Assembly: GCA_053919585.1 (NCBI GenBank)
Contig: CM132795.1
Reading direction: 5' to 3' (one strand)
DNA length: 64,000 bases
Origin: Euprymna scolopes
Taxonomy: Eukaryota
Shown here: in pieces, positions 1 to 14,867 of the stretch
Layout of the letters: each line of letters starts with the position of its first letter
How positions within the stretch are numbered: position 1 is the stretch's first letter
Program-made: the position numbers and the translations under genes
Notes under the pieces: generated by a model
The model's input: only the letters and a program-made list of their open reading frames with translations
Database searches by the model: none
What the model was told of the DNA's origin: nothing

Positions 1-99
1 TGCCGCCAAAAAGAAAGTCCGTATTTGTCAATGTTTCAAAAACCGCAAATTTAATCTTAATTAAATTTAATTGTTAAAACAGCATTTGTCTCTGCTTTG

Positions 100-510
100 C
101 TGTTATTTTCATTGCTAGCGCTCGTCTGATCTCCAATGTATGGTCCCCCTCTCCAAACATTCACGTAAAACCCTCGCCCATCTGAAAAAAACTATCAGTA
201 ATTTCCTCCAATCTTTATCTGGGCCTAAACCTAAACGTAGATTTCATGAACAAAGCTTCTTTCTTAGAACTGCACGCCTACGGAACTCTCTTCTGTTTGC
301 CTTCTTTCCAGCTGACTACTATATGGTCGACTTCAAGTCAAACGTAAGCAAGTTCTTGATGAGACATTCCCCTTAATTAATCCAATTTACCAAATTTACA
401 CTTCTAACGATTACTATGATATTGTCTTTTCGACAACAGTACACTCTTTCACACTTATCATCGAGTGATATCTGAGCGTTGATAAGTGGTAATTACTTTG
501 TAAAACAAAA
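100..510 (+). mobile_element. CR1-like LINE (family A), 3' fragment
   Basis: Translation PKPKRRFHEQSFFLRTARLRNSL...FPADYYMVDFKSNVSKFL and the 3' UTR match the 3' end of the longer copy at 26150-27320. Confidence 0.85.
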
Positions 511-759
511 CAACAACGTATACCTCATTTTATTTCCCTTATATTTTTCTATAATTTTACGTGTTAACATTTGAATTTTAATTGAAATATCCTAATGCTA
601 CGTCAATTAAAAAATGAACTCCAAAGTGAGAAGGCAAAAAGAACGTTTGCAAAATGGAAAATTGTTATATAAATGTAACTTATAGACATTAATGCAGAAC
701 AAATACAGTTATACTAATTGTTAATTAGAAGCACACCCCTTCTACAATTTGACATACTG

Positions 760-1660
760 CAAATTTTGGGGCATTCTCTTGAATGACTCTGCGACAATAC
801 TCCGGTGAAGGGATTTCTAACTTCTCTTTTATTTTTGTTCGAAGTTCTCCAGATTTAAAATTTTATTATTGCGTAGCTGTTGCTTCATGTAAGGTCATAG
901 ATTTTCGATCAGATTGGAGTTTGGTGATTGTGCAGGCTAATCTAAACACGGAATATCATGCTCTTTACAGAACCTCTTGACATCGCCAGCTGTGAGAATG
1001 GGAGCATTGTCCTGCATGAAGAAAAGATTATTATCCAAAGTTCGGCCAACGTAGGATATGAATGTTTAGTTAACATATTATAGTGACATATATGCTCTGG
1101 TCATTGCCAATAATAACGTTCCACACTAAAACTGAACTTTCATTACTTTGCCGGGTGGAAAATGTGCACATAGGATTAAAGTCTGTGTCTTCTCTTCGAC
1201 TGACATACTGCCTACCATCACTGCCTAGCCTATTGGTCTTCTTTCGTCGCTAAAAAACACTTTCATCAGTATGAAGAGTCATGGACTTTTATTGCATCTG
1301 GCGAAGTCAAGACAGCGCTTTCTCTTCTTCACAGAAATCATTGGCTTGCGTCTCGGAACACAGCCTCGCAAATTAATTTCGTTCAATCTGTTCTTAACTG
1401 TAGAAAGAGCAATTTTTAAGAAGATTGTACTGTTGTCTAATTTAGGGAGGCGTTTCATTTTTTCTCTGCGGTTGCTGATATTGATAGCATTTTATTTCCT
1501 GTAATAATAACTCAAGGACTGCCAGATTAAGGGGCATCAAGAACACTACCGGTGTTTTGGTACTTTGGCACGGTCGTTCGTACCGTTTTTAATCAGATTT
1601 AATGTGCAGCCGATTACTTTATTGGATTAACCAGACAAGTGGAGATTAATTAGCTCTTGA
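760..1660 (-). mobile_element. Degenerate Tc1-like DNA transposon (transposase remnant)
   Basis: Minus strand gives TDES-like (~1260-1280), FMQDNAPI (~1000-1020) and PAQSPNSNLIEN (~900-940) motifs, in the order of the Tc1 DD34E catalytic domain; stops and frameshifts are present. Confidence 0.75.
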
Positions 1661-3566
1661 AGATCACTAAGAGTGATTCGAGGTATACGGACTGAATGTT
1701 ACGTTGTACCTATTTACAATGCCTCCCCACGGAACAGAGTTAGACACCAGGGTCGTTTTTTAACGTGGAGCAAAGGTACAAAAATAAAAATTGTCCCAGT
1801 CATGAAGGATTTCTCCTCCACTGAAAGAGAACGATAAATGGAAGTGCCGTATCTGAAGAACAGATACTACACTTTGATCTTAGCTCAAAGATCATTGTAA
1901 TCATACGTTGTAGAATGTTACGTTGTAAGGAACAATGACAATTACGGTTGGAAATGTTTTAAAGTGGATATTTTACGATTAGAAAGGCTAGAGGTGGATA
2001 TTCTAAGCTGTTCTTAAGTTCATTTGTTACTACAAAGTTTCTTTTTGCCTTCTTAATTTGAAGCTATTTTTAAGCCGACCTTAACACTAGGATACCGCAA
2101 TTAAACAGCCAAATATGAACAAGTAAAATTACAGAGGAATCAAAAGCGAACCAAATGAGGTATAGGCTGTTTAAACAGTTACATTAACTTCAGCTTAAAT
2201 TTGTAATTTTTGAAAAAAATTACAAGTTCGGACGTTCTTTTTGGTGGTACTGAATATGCAAGATCTCGTAATATTTCTTAATATAAATAGTTTATATCCG
2301 CTTATTGTAACGTATTGGTATAGTAAGTTTAGATACTTTCCATCGAATTACTTTACGCTTTTTGTACTTCATTGCTACTTCATTGATAAAAGAGATAATT
2401 GGGAAATATTTCTACAATACTCTTTGAACGTTTGTATATACGTGTGCGTAACTACTATAATGCTAATTACGTATTGTGTTTTTATTGACAAATAATGTTT
2501 ACATTACAAGGCACCATGACAGAAAATTTAATGCTAAAAGTTTTTTTTTTTTGCAAAGTAACCTAATTTCTATAATCTGAGGAAATGTTGATTTATATAG
2601 TTTTATTTATTGAAAAATTATAACTTCTTTTTAAAACTGATTGCTTATATTTTTCATTCCTCAAATCTCTCTAGTATAGAAATGTCTCTAACTAGCAAGA
2701 CCACCCGGCGTTGCTCGGGACCATATAAGACAATGATAAACATTTTGAACATGCCTGTTAATCTTAGGATAGAGGAATTTTTATGCCTATGTATAATTTG
2801 CCATCTTGAGCAAACGAATATTTTACCTACCATAGGACGGGTATTACACAACATATGCATGGAATAATTGTAGCTTCATTGGACAGAAAATTAACAGCAC
2901 GTATGTGGTACAAAAATGTCCTTACGTAGAGCACATAGAGTACAATACATATTTAAAATTATTTAAATAAGTTTATGTTATGATAAATAATCTGTATGTC
3001 ACAGGTAAGAGTGTGTTTGTTTTTACATCAGATTACGATAGTGAAGAAGCACCGATTTTTTTTATATAAATGTTATACTACTCAAATATATTACATGATT
3101 TTCAATTTTGATAACTTATGTACGTCACAGATAAGAATTTCTTTGTTTTTCATATGGGTACTTCACTGTATAAGTACCTTATTTCCTGGGTAGGATACTA
3201 TAGAAGTACTATATTTTTCTAATTAAAAATGAAAGAACTTGATACTTTTAAGTAATATTCTGTTGTGCTAAAGTTTCTGTACGTCTAGAGTAAGAATTTG
3301 TTTGTTATTTCATCTATTGCTATCGGTAAGAAGCGCCTTATTTCTCATTTAAAAGTCATGGCATTCGATTATATAAGGTGCTTTTCGATTTTAATGACTT
3401 TTATGCACTTAACACGTAGGATATAATTCATTCAATTTTATTATAAAGTTATGTTAATAAATTTAAAGTTATACAATAGTATTATTTCGAATGTTGATTC
3501 AACTTAAGTAACATTTTAAATATAAACATTCTAAAAACTCGTACCTTACGATTATGTATGTTGGAT

Positions 3567-3612
3567 TTTCGGTGATCTGATGAGAACCGGTGTTAATGCG
3601 ATTATGCCGTAT
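3567..3612 (-). mobile_element. 5S rRNA-derived SINE head fragment
   Basis: Reverse complement ATACGGCATAATCGCATTAACACCGGTTCTCATCAGATCACCGAAA matches the heads at 19405 and 49225. Confidence 0.6.
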
Positions 3613-5472
3613 ATCTATATGCCATTCTAATAATAAGAGAGTTATTATAATTATAATTGACATGTCAGATTATTTACGTTAGGGAATATCGTCGTGCCTT
3701 GTTGACAGATCTGCATTGATTGTACAGTTTGAATATAAAGAGTTCGACAGTTTCTGCGCATGTAACAACAGTAAACATTATTTCAGTTCTTTGTACACGT
3801 CTGGTTTTCTGTCGAAGAATTAAGTGATATGAAGATTCTATAATCAACAGCAACCAGTCACTGATATACGTTTTCGACAATGGCGCACGCCAATCGTTCG
3901 GCATGGTCCTTGCGGTTAGAGGAGAACGATGGTTTATTGAGTAGCCATTATCTTCCACGTATAACATAACACTTACATCACAATTGTACCTATCCATTTA
4001 GTGCAGTGTGCAGTATTATCATCATCTTTACGAGTTCCTTCTGTGCAGATGACTCCGTAAGTGATTCAAGACAACAGACGACACGCGTGGAACAATCGTT
4101 ATTATCATTAACTTTTGTAGCAGCCCTAGTTCTAACTATTCACAGAATCTACACGTACAGAGATGTTTTTAATTTCTTCAAAACACACATTGTTATCGCA
4201 TTTTACATACGGCTTTATCTCATTATTCTTATTGTCAAGTTCCCCCTCGCTTTATTTTTTTAATTGCTAGTAAGATTCGAGATACACTATAAAGTCTTTC
4301 CGCCGCTCCTACCACGTATTTATACCTGAATTAGATCAATATATTTGAAGAATAATTAATATGAAAAAATGGATAAATAAATAAATATAGTATACTACTG
4401 GAAAATATGAAAATTAGTCTAGTGTTGTATATTTAGCGACTGTTCATTATATTTGTCTGGTAAATTAATCACTTAATATTGACATCATGGAAATAATAAG
4501 TATTCCTGGTATTACTGCTTCGGGTAATGGAACTTAAGTCACAAGTAAAAAGAATTAATAAAATATCTCATACACATCTTAAGAAAATAATGATAGAGGA
4601 AAGTTAAAGAATTATTCTGTTTGATGTATTGCGATATTAACTACATCAGATTGTAATTATTATATCAAATTGCTCAAATCTGCATATTAACGTTCCACCA
4701 AATTCAGGGTTCATATAGTTTACATACATGAAATAATAAAACAGTATATTGATTGCACCCAGGAAAGCATTTCTTTGTATTAGGAGGCGCACCCTCCTAT
4801 CCGTAGTGATTTAGTTTATCTAATAAATACCATCTCATTTGACGTTATAAAAATGGTGACTGTATTTAGATTAAGCCGTCTATTTCGCTGTGATTTGCAC
4901 AGCAAAGTATATTGAAAATATTCATGAAGCGCTCTGTTATTGCTTAACCAATAATTTATTCAACTTACTGCAAAACTTGCTAACATCAAACGTAGTAAGA
5001 GAGCGCTGCACCGCTGCAAAGCCTATATACCATACTAGCAGAAAGATCAGACATTGCTAGGAATTTAATGAAAAAAACATAATTCATTTTTTACTATATC
5101 CTAAGCAACATATTTCTATTGCTATTATCCTTCCATAATTATGCGTTAGCTTATAGTCAGCGGTAACTAAACCTTTGAATAACTCTTCAAATTAGTGTGG
5201 CTTGAATATTATTGCAATCATATATATATTTCTGAAAATTGGACATTCTGCTTCAAATCTTCTGCAAAGGTACATATAGATCTGACATATTGATAATTGC
5301 GTAAAAAAAGGAACGCTTTACATTATCTACCTCCGGACATATTCCTCATACGAGTAAAATTTTATCAAAATAAGACATATTTAAAGAATAAGGTGCGTTA
5401 TCCTTCCATAGATTGCTCTGGCAGACAAGCAATTACAGAATCGAAACCATGTTGATTGTTTACATAATACTA

Positions 5473-5567
5473 AACTTTTCATTATTTATGTATATCTCCT
5501 ATAGTTCTATCTGTAGTGAAACTTTTAATTATTTATGTAGATCTCCTATAGTTCTATCGGTAGTGAA
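5473..5567. repeat. Tandem duplication of ~47 bp
   Basis: ACTTTT..ATTATTTATGTA(T/G)ATCTCCTATAGTTCTATC(T/G)GTAGTGAA occurs twice head-to-tail. Confidence 0.9.
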
Positions 5568-5599
5568 GAAACACTGACACAAAATGCACACACCCGAAT

Positions 5600-5603
<4 letters not shown>

Positions 5604-5634
<31 letters not shown>

Positions 5635-5811
5635 TACATATATACGAATATATGTGTGTGTGCATAAAGATATAGCGTGTAATATGTGACTTAAGAATAG
5701 AAAGGCCGACTACAATCGTAATGCATGTGAGTTTTTTTTTTCTTCTTTGGTATTTGTGATGGGTTTAAACCACTGAGGAGCTGTAATACAGTAAAGCAGT
5801 ATGTCTGCTGA

Positions 5812-5848
<37 letters not shown>

Positions 5849-5916
5849 TTCTATCTATCTTTCACTTCTTCTTCTCTCTCTCTCTCTATCTATTTCTATC
5901 TATCTTTCACTTCTTC

Positions 5917-5963
<47 letters not shown>

Positions 5964-5965
5964 AG
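5604..5965. repeat. Microsatellite cluster: (CA)n, compound (CT)n with a duplicated unit, (TA)n
   Basis: Directly visible; the unit CTATCTATTTCTATCTATCTTTCACTTCTTCTT occurs twice between CT runs. Confidence 0.95.
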
Positions 5966-6019
5966 TATATAAAGAGACAGACAGACAGATATACATATAC
6001 ATATTTAGAACCTAACATT

Positions 6020-6545
6020 TCCATCGGGGGGGGGGCAAAGATCCAATGCGGTTGACAAGTTCACCTACTTTGGCGGTACGCTCTCCCGCAATGTAGTCAT
6101 TGACCATGAACACCAGACTCGCTACAGCAAGCGCTGCCTTTGGCAGATTCCACAAGAATGTATGGGACAGAAGAGGTATCACGTCCATGACAAAGATCAT
6201 AGTTTATAAAACTGTCATACTTACCAGACACAGGATATACTACTCGAGCTGGGCTCTCAAGCATCCCCACTATCCTGCTTAAGATTCAGAAACGCTATGC
6301 TGGGCATATAGCCCGCATGCCAGACTACAGACTGTCCAAGAAGTTTGCTTAGCTCTAACATGACAAGCGCTCTCATGGCGGCAAAAGAAAACGATTTAAA
6401 GACACTTTGAAGGTATCATATTAGTAGACAACTTTAGATAGAGCCAGGTAGCGGACCGCTGTTCATGACGGTGCCCGCAAATATGAACGTAACCGAAAAG
6501 TTGCTGAAGAGAACAATCTCCTACCATTCCCTGTTTTCACTGCAG
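6020..6545 (+). mobile_element. RTE-clade LINE, 3' fragment (ORF C-terminus)
   Basis: RLATASAAFGRFHKNVWDRRGITSMTKIIVYKTVIL, then AGHIARMPDYRLSKK and KRFKDTLK, typical of the RTE post-RT region; frameshifted. Confidence 0.85.
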
Positions 6546-7859
6546 TAGACAAACGAACAGCAAGGCGTATGACATATAAGGAGATAGACAGATTAGACAT
6601 AAACATATATAGATCGATAATTTGGCAATTTTTTCTTATTTTATTATCCTCAACAACTCAAACATTTGTTTATCTGTTATTAGATTTAAAATTCCAGTAC
6701 GATTCCCTTATTCTACGTAAGATACCTAAAGACTATTTCCGCAACCTTGTAAAAAAAGGATAAAGAAGTCACACAAGAATTACAAGTCTTATTTACAAAA
6801 ATCGAGAAAATGTAAAAAAAAAAAAATAGCGTCGAATGGAATCACATGTTTTCAAACTATTTACACGATTCTTCTTTTCATAGAATTTGCATGGAATAGT
6901 TCGCTTATCCAGGAACACTTATTCTGATAACATGCTTATTCCATTGGAAAAATATCAGGTTGACAGCAAGTTTTAACGTTTTATTTATGTTTATATTCAA
7001 ATAAATATATGTTGACTCAAACAAAAAAATTATTGATCGAAATAAGCACTGTTAGAATCAACACACTCTTGCTAACGCAATACAAATGGATCTATGCCAG
7101 TAACGTAAAAACCTTGCCTTCTGGCGCGGATCAAGTTGTTGAAAGCATATTTGGTATCTCCTAGATTTTTTTAAAGTATTTCCCACGCAAAAAGTTATTG
7201 AGATGCTTGAAAAAGTGTTAGTCAGTGGGTGAGAGGTCTGAAAAGTATGGCGAATGAGACAGAATGGCAAAGCTCACTTCGTTACACGTTACAGCGTCGG
7301 TTATGCAACGTGCGATCGGGCATTCTAGGGCATGTTTGTTTGGTGTTGACCGTTTTGACCATTACATCATCAAATCTGAAGTTGATTTCGGATTACTACG
7401 CGCTTAGAATAGCATTGTTTATTGTGGGTATACCCATTCACTTCTGCAAAATCTAAACTAGCAAATTTACCATCTATAATCTAACACGTAGATAATTTAT
7501 TTATTTGGGAATAATGGTCTCGCAATTTATCATCCGGTTTTGTACATAACATTCTAATAGACGTTGGATGCGAAGCTTGTGTTGACGCTATATACTTAAA
7601 TAAAATATATTTGTAAACAAATATGTTTTCTCTGTTGGTGTGTGATTTTTATTAGAGTGAAATAAAGAAAATAAGAATAGAGAAAGGAAATACAAAAATT
7701 ACGATTAAGAAAATTAGGAAAATATATGAGAGATTAAGAGAAATATACTTAAGCAGTTAGGCTTTCCGTAGACTATTATCACTTCTAGAACAAAACTACT
7801 TGAAAGTTGTCTTTATCTGCTCTTGTACGAATATATTTTTTTTACATAGGCATCACCAC

Positions 7860-8060
7860 ATTATCAAAGCCAAGAGGCCACTCAAGGATAAGGGTTAAAG
7901 AGTGTGCATTAGAAATTGGACAATATAGTAATCATTAGTAATGAAAATTTGGTAAATTTGATAACTTATATGGAACGGCTCATCAAGAACTTATTTACGT
8001 TAGACTTGAAAGCCAACCATATCCTGACGAAATGACTGACAGCATGCTCGGCTATGTTTA
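7860..8060 (-). mobile_element. CR1-like LINE (family A), 3' end fragment
   Basis: TTATCAAAGCCAAGAGGCCACTCAAGGATAAGGGTTAAAGAGTGTGC is the reverse complement of the family 3' UTR. Confidence 0.85.
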
Positions 8061-8379
8061 TTACGAAGTCCCAGCATTTCGTTCTAGTGTTCTAGCTAGT
8101 AAAAGTAGATGCAATTAGTAGCCGAGTTACGTGGTGTAAAACTATTTTAGCATGTTGTTGACGAAAGATGTATAGAGTACTGCATAGATGGAGAGACTTT
8201 TTGTCACCCAGACTCCAAAGAAAAACACAGATTGTTTTCAGTAAGTACTCTCTGTAGATGCCATGTGTGAAAAGCCAGTAAGTACGTACTACTAATACTA
8301 CTACTACAACTACTAATACTAACAATAATAATAGTAGTAGTAGTAGTAGTAGTAGTATACGCGACCAAGTAGTTAAACA

Positions 8380-9140
8380 CTCAGAATTATTTTAACATGC
8401 AGACAAATTACAGTGGCACAAACCGGAAGCTGAATTTGAAAAAGAAAAGTTATGGAATCTTATGGGGCATGGATATACAAACAGATACATTCAACCAACC
8501 AAGAAAACCGGATGTCATAATAGTTAACAAGAAGGAAGACTATTGCTATATCGTATATTTCTCTGTCCCAGCAGTTCACAGAAAGATGATCAAAACGACA
8601 GAGGATGGATCAGATACGGAGGAGTTGCTAGAGAGGTCGAAGGGATATGGAGTATACAAAAGTCCAGCTAATACGACTGATAGTATAGCAGTAGGAACAA
8701 TCTCAACAATCTTCGATAAAAGAATATGAGAGATAGAAATCAAAGAGATAGCTGAGAAGAGGCAACGGATAACAATAATGAAAATAACTGAAACATTAAA
8801 TAAATAGCTTGGATTCGGAGACTAAAACATAAGTTACAGGTGAAAGCTGACCATATAGAAGCTGCTTCAGATGTAGAAGTAAAGAAACGCCACATGGACT
8901 CATGAAAACACAAACCGTATCATTGTAGGTTAACCGACCTGCGCCTCCCCTCAAATAAGTGTCACTATAAACTTAGCGTCACACCAAATGATCGAGGAGA
9001 TCTAAGGAGTATGAAAAGACTAAGGAGAAAAGGCACTAACCAGACCTTCACTTGATGAGTGCAAAGAGAAATGAGACTTTGAGGAGGAATGTTGCCACCG
9101 TAATCCCAGTGAAGTCCAATGGTTGCTACTAAAGAAAAAA
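8380..9140 (+). mobile_element. R4/Dong-like non-LTR retrotransposon, 3' fragment (restriction-like endonuclease plus 3' UTR)
   Basis: ILWGMDIQTDTFNQPRKPDVIIVNKKEDYCYIVYFSVP carries the RLE PD motif; preceded by a (TAC/TAA/TAG)n microsatellite; homologous to 33618-34180. Confidence 0.75.
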
Positions 9141-10264
9141 AAATAGTAAAAGGCTATTGCTATATTACAATTTGCAAAAGTTATCGAAAGAGGTGGTAAG
9201 TGACAACAAATTTTGTGAGATTTATTGTCACTCCTACTCCAGCGAATATCACAGGTTGTTCTAAAAAAAAATGGCTTGTAGGACGGCCTGCGCTAAAAGC
9301 CCTAGTGAGTAATAATAATAATAACTAATAATACGGCATTACGTTATCCGTGTGTTTTGGATGAGCGTATCGAAAGGACATGATAACATCTTAGGGTATG
9401 TTTAATATGAGACTTTTATTATACAGGAGAATGGTGATACTTAACTTTATATATTTTATTTATAATTTGCAGCTGTCGAAGTGGTTTACGACAGACGCTG
9501 AATCTGGGTGTTCAAAGTTCGAATTCAATTCGTTTCGGAGATGCACTTTAATCAACTACATATTGAACTTTTGTCTTACATCATGGAAAATAAGGTAAAT
9601 ATTAAAACCTATAAACTATAGATATTCGAAATATTGCTAATATCGAGAGTACGAGTTGTAATTAGTAGTAAACAGAGTTTCTTAGTTCTACATGAGAACA
9701 TGGCAGGTGTTTATCAAATGACTATGAATTTAATTGAAATTATTTATTAAATATCACTGTTTACACACGATCCCACCGAATTAGTGATAAGTATATATTT
9801 GGATCTCATGTAGCACATCGAACATACCGTTTTTCGTCCGTTAAAAACGAGAAAATTTAAAGACCATTGATTAAAATGAGTGATTGTTTTCAAATTGAGG
9901 CTGAATATTGTTTTATATGTGATCATGTTGCATTTGATAATAATCCCTATTAATCCAGATTAATCATTTACTTCATTTCGAACGAATACTATGATATTAA
10001 GTTCGCTGTACCATATTGCGAAAATCCATGCAAAATTTAAGGCAGATCAGCCCAGGAGTTATCAAGAAAACAGGAAGAGTAAATATGGTATTTCGGTGAG
10101 TGGTCCTTATTAATCTCTAACTAAGCAGCGAATAGCTACTATAATACTTCTGCTACACCTAATCATAAAAGAAGATTATACAAAACCTCTACCAGAACGT
10201 CGCAGTAGTTTTCGAGAAAATAGGAACGGACATATAGCCATTCTGACTAAAAGAATGCTATATA

Positions 10265-10600
10265 TCTATAAAAATGAAATTGTCTGTCTGAGTGCGTATC
10301 TGTGTGTGTGCATTTCCCTAAAGACCCGAGGTTTGACATAAGGGTTATTGAGATTCAACGATTTGACATTTGAAACTCTCCCAAACTCCTCCGCTAATTT
10401 GGGGTCTACATTACTTGAAATTTTAAATGAAGGTTACTTGGACATGAATCAAACATTTGAATTTGATTTGAGCCCAAACACTAAATGTTAAGGGCTCAAA
10501 ATTGGAGTCAAAGTTTAAAAAATTGACCTCTGCGGCCTCTATGAAATTATTCGTCCATCTATTTCGAAACTGGCCTATTTACAAGGCTACATATTTTTAT
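10265..10600 (+). mobile_element. Non-autonomous Helitron-like repeat (family H1), 5' part
   Basis: Begins A^TCTATAAAAATGAAATTGTCTGTCTG; body resembles 61847-62760 and 31155-31620. Confidence 0.6.
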
Positions 10601-12252
10601 ATATTGATGTATTTCCAGGTAGATAGCGATACTTGTGGCAAAGTTTGATCGTATATCAAATTCCAAAGAAGACGCCTTACAATAGATTTACTTATCATCT
10701 TAATCACTTGTAAGAATTATATTTAGGCAATAAATCGTGTGCACCTCATAATTATAAATGCGTAACTTTTTATTATTCTGCACGCCGGGCTATACTTCAT
10801 TTAATTAATCTTTAAGCAATAGGGTCAAAATAAGGCAGTGAAAATTTTCCTTAAAATTCATATATTCTCGATTGTATTAAAAACTAGCAGGGCACATTAA
10901 CTGGTGTTGCCCAGTGGAAGACTGCCCTCTCCTCGCAAACATGTAAACTACGGTTGTTGTTGGTGGTCACTGCCGTCCCTGACTAATTGCGGACACACGG
11001 GGCCGTATCCCAAAGGAAATAATCTTGCTTTCACTAGCGATTAGTGCTAGTTTGAGGCGATAACGTTCAGGTACATTTTTAATCTAAAAGAGCAATTAAA
11101 GGAACGCGTAAATCAGTATGAACTACTAAAATTGCGAACAAAGGTCCATTAGAATAATGATAGAAAGTAAAAAAAAATGTTTAGATTCTCACTGTATATG
11201 AACCGTTTAGAGAGATCCAAAGCAGTGGTAGCAGTCCTAACTGTTTTCGTTTGTTGTTCAAGTCTTCCTCTTTTTTTGCAGCTCTTCCATCAATTGTTTT
11301 AAATGTAATTACAGTTTTATGTCGTCTTTTTAACAAACAAACAAGTTGCGACTTTTTTCACTTCACTCATTTGAGTATTGTCATGGTAAGAACGACGTTC
11401 GGAACAGACATTCTAAACTCCTTATGTTAAGAACGGCTTTCGGAATAGACACACCAACATTGCCATCAATGTGAAGATCGGCTGTTGGAGTAGACAACCG
11501 ACTTTTGGGAGGGGGCGAATAATTCCCCAAAGTTTAACAGTGATAATCGTTGTTAACATACCCACCCGCAAATGCTAACAAAATAATTGGGGTGGCAATG
11601 TCATTAGTAGATAAGAATATGTGTTGATCGCGCGTGCGTACAAACCTGGCAGGCAGTCATCTCTAAAAGTACTTTCTCCACAAAATTAGCATGAGATTTA
11701 TTAATGAGCCGAGTCGAAAAACCACAAAAGTCGTCATTCTAAAGAAAATTGTGGAGGTGGACCTAATGTAAAAATACCCACCCCCGAAAAAGTGTTTTAA
11801 AAATGCAAAGGAAAACATCAGTTTTACTAAATATGTACGACAAAAATTGATCCCGAGTACTGTATCGCTGACTGCACCTGCTGATTGCCATATAGAAACG
11901 ACGTGTATAGTTGCTTGAAGTAGCATGAACAAAACCATGGCATTTAGTCGTGCCGGATTTTGATTTTACATTAGGAAGTTTACTAAATTTACTATAAAAT
12001 TAAAATAAAAACTAATTTACTTAAGTTCCAATCGAGACTTTTTTTAGCATCATACCTAAAGATATTTGCATAAAATAAAGCATGTTTTAATATTCTCTCT
12101 TAAACCAGAAAGTAAACGAAATAGATAGAAAGACAACTATGTATATTTATAGAAATTCTTAAAAAGAGAAACGTGTTTCCCAATCTGGTGAGCTACTTCT
12201 GAGAGAACTTGATTTTCCCACCAATCCACTTCCAGAAAAAACAAAAAAAATA

Positions 12253-12441
12253 CTAATAATAATAATGATGATGATGGTTATGATGGTGACGGTGGTGGTC
12301 ACCGTCACCATCATAATCATCAGCATCATCATTATTATTATTATTGTTGTTGTTGTTGATGATGTTTGGCATTAAAGGAAATCGGGTTTCATTTTGGTAA
12401 AGCCTCCAAAATAAACTCTCGAATTTTATAAACTTGAATAA

Positions 12442-12480
<39 letters not shown>

Positions 12481-12482
12481 CA
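12253..12482. repeat. Degenerate trinucleotide repeats (TAA/TGA/CAT/TTG) and (CA)n
   Basis: Directly visible. Confidence 0.9.
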
Positions 12483-14867
12483 AGAACACTTGTTATAAAA
12501 ATATAATTTATTACTTTAAAATGTAATCATATATTTTTCTATTAATTTAAGGAAATGTTTTCTGTTTTAACTAATATTAAACAAAAACTAATTTTAAAAA
12601 GATAAATAACAAACTTTTTCAATTCGGACGGAGACGTTTAACGGATTCTACTTTTAACAAATATTTTCCAGTTTTACGTTTTTATTGTAATAAACATACC
12701 CGAGCTTGTTTTACAGGGGCTTGTAATATTTAATTTGCCAAAAAGAAAATTTCTCGGCTGAAAATTGTGACTGTGACTAAATTCGTTTTGTTTTTTATGG
12801 AAATAATAAAGAGATAAACTTGTATATGTATTAATTTACTTATTTATTTTTTACAAAGACTACAAAATTTAAAAAGTGGCAAGCTGGGTTGAAAAAATAT
12901 TAGTCTTTAAGAATTTGCCAAAGATAATTATGACTATGACTACAACGTTATTCTATGAAAATTTTTTATGCTGACGGAATTAGTATATCGCTGTGTAAGA
13001 GGGAATATTTAATAAAAATCGAGTGTTTATTATTAAATGTCTTTTTAGGTATATACTTAAAAAATATTTGCCAAAAATAACGTCTCGAAACTTCTGAATA
13101 AATTCGTTTTATGTTTTTTTTTACGATATTTTACGCTGACTGATCAAGTCGATTGCCTGTGTCGATGTTGCATTAATTAGCAGCGGCGGCAATTTGTCAT
13201 ACATTTATCGCACATATTTTTTTAATTGAACATATTTAGTAAAACTCGGAACACATGTTCTTTTTTAGGTCAGGCTTTTAATTGGGGGCGGGATAGTGTC
13301 GGTACTCTGTACATGTTTACATTTCCAAACCATTGTTGTGTTTACATTTTGGGAGTGTTCAAGCAAAGAGGGGAACAAATTTATGTATATAAAGTTGTTT
13401 ACTTGTGCATATTGGTTCGAGCAATAAATATTATCAGTATATAAGCGGCTCTTTATGTGGCTAAAATCTCTGTACTTCCTTTTTTAGCTCTAGTGCCTCA
13501 TGTAAGGAGCGACGCCATTTCGTAAACTTTTAGTAGTGTTCGTAGAAGTTAGTTTCATTCTGGAATATGAGAATTCCGGTCTCGGCCAATAAAAAAGGGC
13601 GGGACATTGGAGGAAGTCGTCATTATTTAGTATTCGGAAATCGGAAAGAATATAGTATGTCTATGTTTGTCTTAGCCAGTTAATTCACACTATATATGTA
13701 AAATGTAGAATATGGTCCGGTGACAACTAGTAGTAGTTGTAGGACTATCTATCTAGAGAGAAAAGTAAGGCCTCCTTTTTCTTAAGGTATTGTGATTGTG
13801 ATAGGGATGCTTGTAGGATGGAATATAACATTTCAATATCACAGTTGAATGTGTCCGTAATGGTGATTGAACGTTAAATATAATAGTGGATTATAGTCTT
13901 GATGTATTAAATGTGTATGTTGCATCTGGTATTGCAAACATGCTATACTGTGGTACAGATGGAAATTCTACAGTAAACTTATTATATAGAATATATTATA
14001 GGAATTAAACATCAATTAATATCAAATATCCTTCAAAAATTTAGTATTTTTCATATTTCGTTAGGGAACGCTTTGGCACAAACTCACATTTTTAAAGATA
14101 ATTATTAAAGACTTCCCTAAACTATAATACATATTTTTTACGCAGCGAGTGAGAAAGCTTCTCTTAATTTTCCTAGTTTATTACGCCTTAAATTTTAGGA
14201 CTTTTTTCCAATCAACCACATGTAACTAAAATAAGACTAGGAAAACATATTGATACTAAGTCTCATTTCTACTACTAAATGTAAAAAAGATATTTTATCA
14301 CATTCTATTATATCACAGTGGAATGGATTCCTTTTACCACAAGATTAGAGAGCAAATCACAAGACGTCCTTTCTTTTCAATAGTTTTTCCCTGTGTCTAT
14401 TAGTTTTTTTTTCAACAATATTTATTTGATCAGCAATAAACGTCCACACGTTTGTCTGATACATTGATGAAACAGTATACATCCAATTAAAAAAAAACAA
14501 AATAAATGTTCACAATTAGACATGCCTTGAATTATCAAAGCAATCATAGTCCTGTTCCAAACACAACGCATAGTAAGATTGCTGAGCTGAGACATTATAA
14601 TAACTATATTAATAATTCGATAGTAATAGTAATTTTGTCATATTATTATTTACTATTGGTAAAACCTACGCTAAACTGGACTAAATGGATTCAAAACTAC
14701 AATTACTATATAATTTATTGGAAATATCATCATGGTTAACGGTGAAATATATTTTCAAAAAATATTTTCCAATTGTGAATAATGAAGATTTATTTGAATC
14801 AAGAATACTTACCTTCTCCTAAAAAAGGAAATTAAATAAATGTTGTTATACTCTTACAAATATATAT

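Noticed and set aside
11663-11938. Hydrophobic 91-aa ORF (also 4006-4263 and 2241-2495) as further family members
   Set aside because: No polar S/T-rich N-terminus, no G-[VL]-x10-R-[YF]-C register and no promoter motif seen; hydrophobicity reflects T-rich DNA.
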